A stretch of DNA of 40,863 nt, taken from NCBI GenBank assembly GCA_013239625.1, contig MU053376.1, positions 2,815,695 through 2,856,557 of the forward strand, in the 5' to 3' direction. A program made the translations under genes and the position numbers. Positions 38,263 through 40,863 of this stretch are shown one piece after another. How positions within the stretch are numbered: position 1 is the first letter of the stretch; each line of letters opens with the position of its first letter. The notes under the pieces were generated by a model that saw only the letters and a list, made by a program, of their open reading frames with translations, had not been told where the DNA came from and did no database searches. This DNA is from Lama guanicoe (Eukaryota).

Positions 38263-39864
38263 GGATACATAAAAAGATGCAGAACATTTATCCATGCTTA
38301 TAGGTTTAAGTCCTCCTATCCAAAATCAGAAACTGTGTGTGTATGTGTACACAAACACATGTACATATATATTCAGTCAGACAAAGCATCAATAATTTTG
38401 TTTTTGAATGGCCCGAATCAATGGACTTCTATTATAGCTGTAGTTTATTCTAGCTAGTAGTAAGGCAGTATTTAGATAAATATAACAATGTAAGGATATT
38501 GTCATTTTCTGCAAGTAACATGGTGAAATATTATTAGTTTTTACGTTTATAAGTTTTTACTGCTTTATCTTTGACAAAGTCTGAAATAGTACACTGGTGA
38601 CATTTTTAAAAATTAGTCTTCTGCATTTAAAGACCACTCACTATTGTCATCTATCATGGTTCTGGAAATGTCACATTGATTTTATCCTCCTTGCAATAAA
38701 TGGTAACATCCAAAAAACAAATAATGGTCTGACACTTCAAAATCAGCTGCCAGTCTTGGGTAAAGCAAAAATGAATAAAAGGGCAATTTTACTTGAAGGA
38801 CAAGGAAAGGGAATAAGAAACAGAGAGAGCTACACTCTGTCAGACACTGACAATATTGACAATGGTCCAGAGTAACCTAAATTATAATATTTTGTCTTTT
38901 CTATTTAAGAGATGTCATATAAATGATAAATACAGCATGTCATATCAAAGATCTATTACTTTTTGTGGATCATGTCAAATTTCTTGAAAATAGATTAGAT
39001 ATAGAACCATAGTAAAGATTGGAAATTGCAAAATCAATCTAATTGGAAAGCAGATTACTTCTAGATAACATATTCTGGAATTCTCATGGATCATGTCATG
39101 TTAATGATGTATAAATAAAGATAATGTGTCAGAATCATTTGGAATTACATTAGAAGAGCCTGATGTGAATAAACTGAATTTGATTCCTTATGGATACTGA
39201 ATGAATTGAGAAGTGTATCGGAAATGAGCATTGAACCAAGAGTCTCGATGCTTGAATCACATTACCAACTCTCCAGGTGATGGTTGTTGATTTGGGACAG
39301 ATAGCTTGAACTATCTGCAGCCTAGTTTCTCTGTTTGCCAATGATACTAAAAATATGGATGCCTTGACCATATTCACAAGGCTTTTAATTCACTGTGTAT
39401 GGGATTATGTCTCAAGAACGTGTGTGTTATCAAATTCCCTAGGTGCATCAGATGATCATCAAGGTTTTGGAAACCTTTGTTTGAGAGTCACAGGTGCAGA
39501 CACAGGGAGAGCAGAAGCTACTAAAGGGCATGAAATGGACTCTGACTTTGTCTTTTTACTCCTCTGAGTGAACAAAAACTTCAAGCTGAATAATAGACAA
39601 GAAAGTATATAGAAAAGCTATCTGTTTTGTTTTTGTCTTCTCCCAGTGGATTCTCTAACACCTATTTGGATATCTCAGTTTAGAGGAATGTGTGGATATG
39701 GGAAGTTGAGGGTGGAGTGGTTTAAAAATACTGTGAGAGAAAAGAGGGGTGGACTTTTTTCTTTCTTCCAGGATGGAGAAGGGTTGATGTCAGGGAATCA
39801 TTCATGTACTAAAAAAGAAATATTTTTTCCATGTCTTCTTCCTAATCCAACACATAAAAATTAC

Positions 39865-40180
39865 TGCGGTGGTTTGCAAAAAATGGCCACAATACTTCTA
39901 AGTTACTTCCATTAAGCAGCTGAGTCCGTTTCTCTACTGTTGAATCTAGGCAGGATTTCTGAATTGCTTTGAGCAATGGAATGCAGCAGAAGAAACATTT
40001 TGTGGTTTTGATCCTGAGCTTCAAGAGAATCCGTATGCTTTCCTTCCTTTCTCTTGTTGGCCCTGATAACTCCATGAACATTTCTGGGCCAACCTAGTGG
40101 GTGATGAGCAACTTTGTGGAACAGATTTAAGACCTCACAGCAGAGGACCTCTCTAGACCAACTAGGCATCCGTCAACCTG
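39865..40180 (+). mobile_element. MLT1 (F/G/H-type) LTR 5' part
   Basis: tgcggtggtttgcaaaaaatggccacaatacttc...ttgaatctaggcagg...gctttgagcaatggaatgcagcagaag. Confidence 0.7.
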
Positions 40181-40404
40181 GAATCTGTTTATCCTGGAAG
40201 GGCTTAAGGAGACTAAGTTAATAATATAGGAGAGCTGAAGTCCTCTCTGCTGATGTTCGTATTTATTATGCACTGTATGGAGGTCACCCATGCAATATGA
40301 TAATCTGTCCCTTCAGATGATGCTACACGTGACAAAAAACTGTGATTCTTAAACAATATGGGTTGATTTTACATAGCAGGAGTGATATTCTTAGTATTTA
40401 AAGT

Positions 40405-40863
40405 CACGGCAATTTCAGGGTCAATCGAAAAAACAGAACTCTTGTGAGTTATAGAGTAAGTGGTTTATTATGGGAATTAGCTATTGGTCAATTGTTGGAG
40501 GAACTGGACAAGTGAAGTTTCAGCAGGAAAGGCAGGGCATCAAAGGAGTCACCAACAGACCATTCTGAGAAGCCAAGCCACTGAAAAGGTCTATGGAGGC
40601 AAGGCTAATGCAGAGATCTACGGAATACTGTGCTAGTACTCTGTAAGTCTCTCCGCCAAGGATCTGAGGGTGGGACTGGCGCTGCTGTTGGTCAACAGGG
40701 TCAACAATGAGGGAGAACAGTTACATACAAAGTACAGGAAAAAGCAGCTAGAATCTGCCACCGTCTCTGCAATGATCTCTCACCAAATCTACTTTGATGA
40801 CCTTCAGAGAGTAATGGTTGCTGCTCAACTTCACCTTCAAAATTTCATGCAATTTCCTCCCTT
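40405..40863. mobile_element. Probable old ERVL-class LTR fragment
   Basis: cagggtcaatcgaaaaaacagaac...ggtttattatgggaattag...attgttggaggaactgg resembles antisense ERVL LTR ends; family not determined. Confidence 0.4.

Noticed and set aside
18327..40863. Looked for CD46 or CD55 exons and miR-29b-2/29c hairpins expected near the RCA cluster
   Set aside because: No matching sequence recognised by eye on either strand
1..40863. CRISPR arrays, tRNA/rRNA genes or prokaryote-like systems
   Set aside because: Mammalian intron/intergenic DNA; none seen

Overview
Mammalian genomic DNA, repeat-rich, with three assembly gaps. It is probably cetartiodactyl, and one short L1 3' end resembles elements I recall from camelids (inference). 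The only gene I can support is the 5' part of a complement receptor type 1 (CR1/CR1L-like) gene on the + strand. It has a CpG-island promoter and four exons: signal peptide (2686-2803), CCP1 (11752-11940), and split CCP2a (12720-12819) and CCP2b (16266-16351). These splice in frame into 164 codons with all CCP cysteines and tryptophans intact. No CCP3/4 or later exon is visible in the ~24.5 kb that follow, so the gene is either truncated here, interrupted by an unusually long intron, or hidden or mis-joined at a gap. The rest is L1, L2, MIR, MLT1 and hAT fragments, an AT-rich low-complexity tract and a ~355 bp tandem duplication. I see no evidence for a novel multi-gene system.
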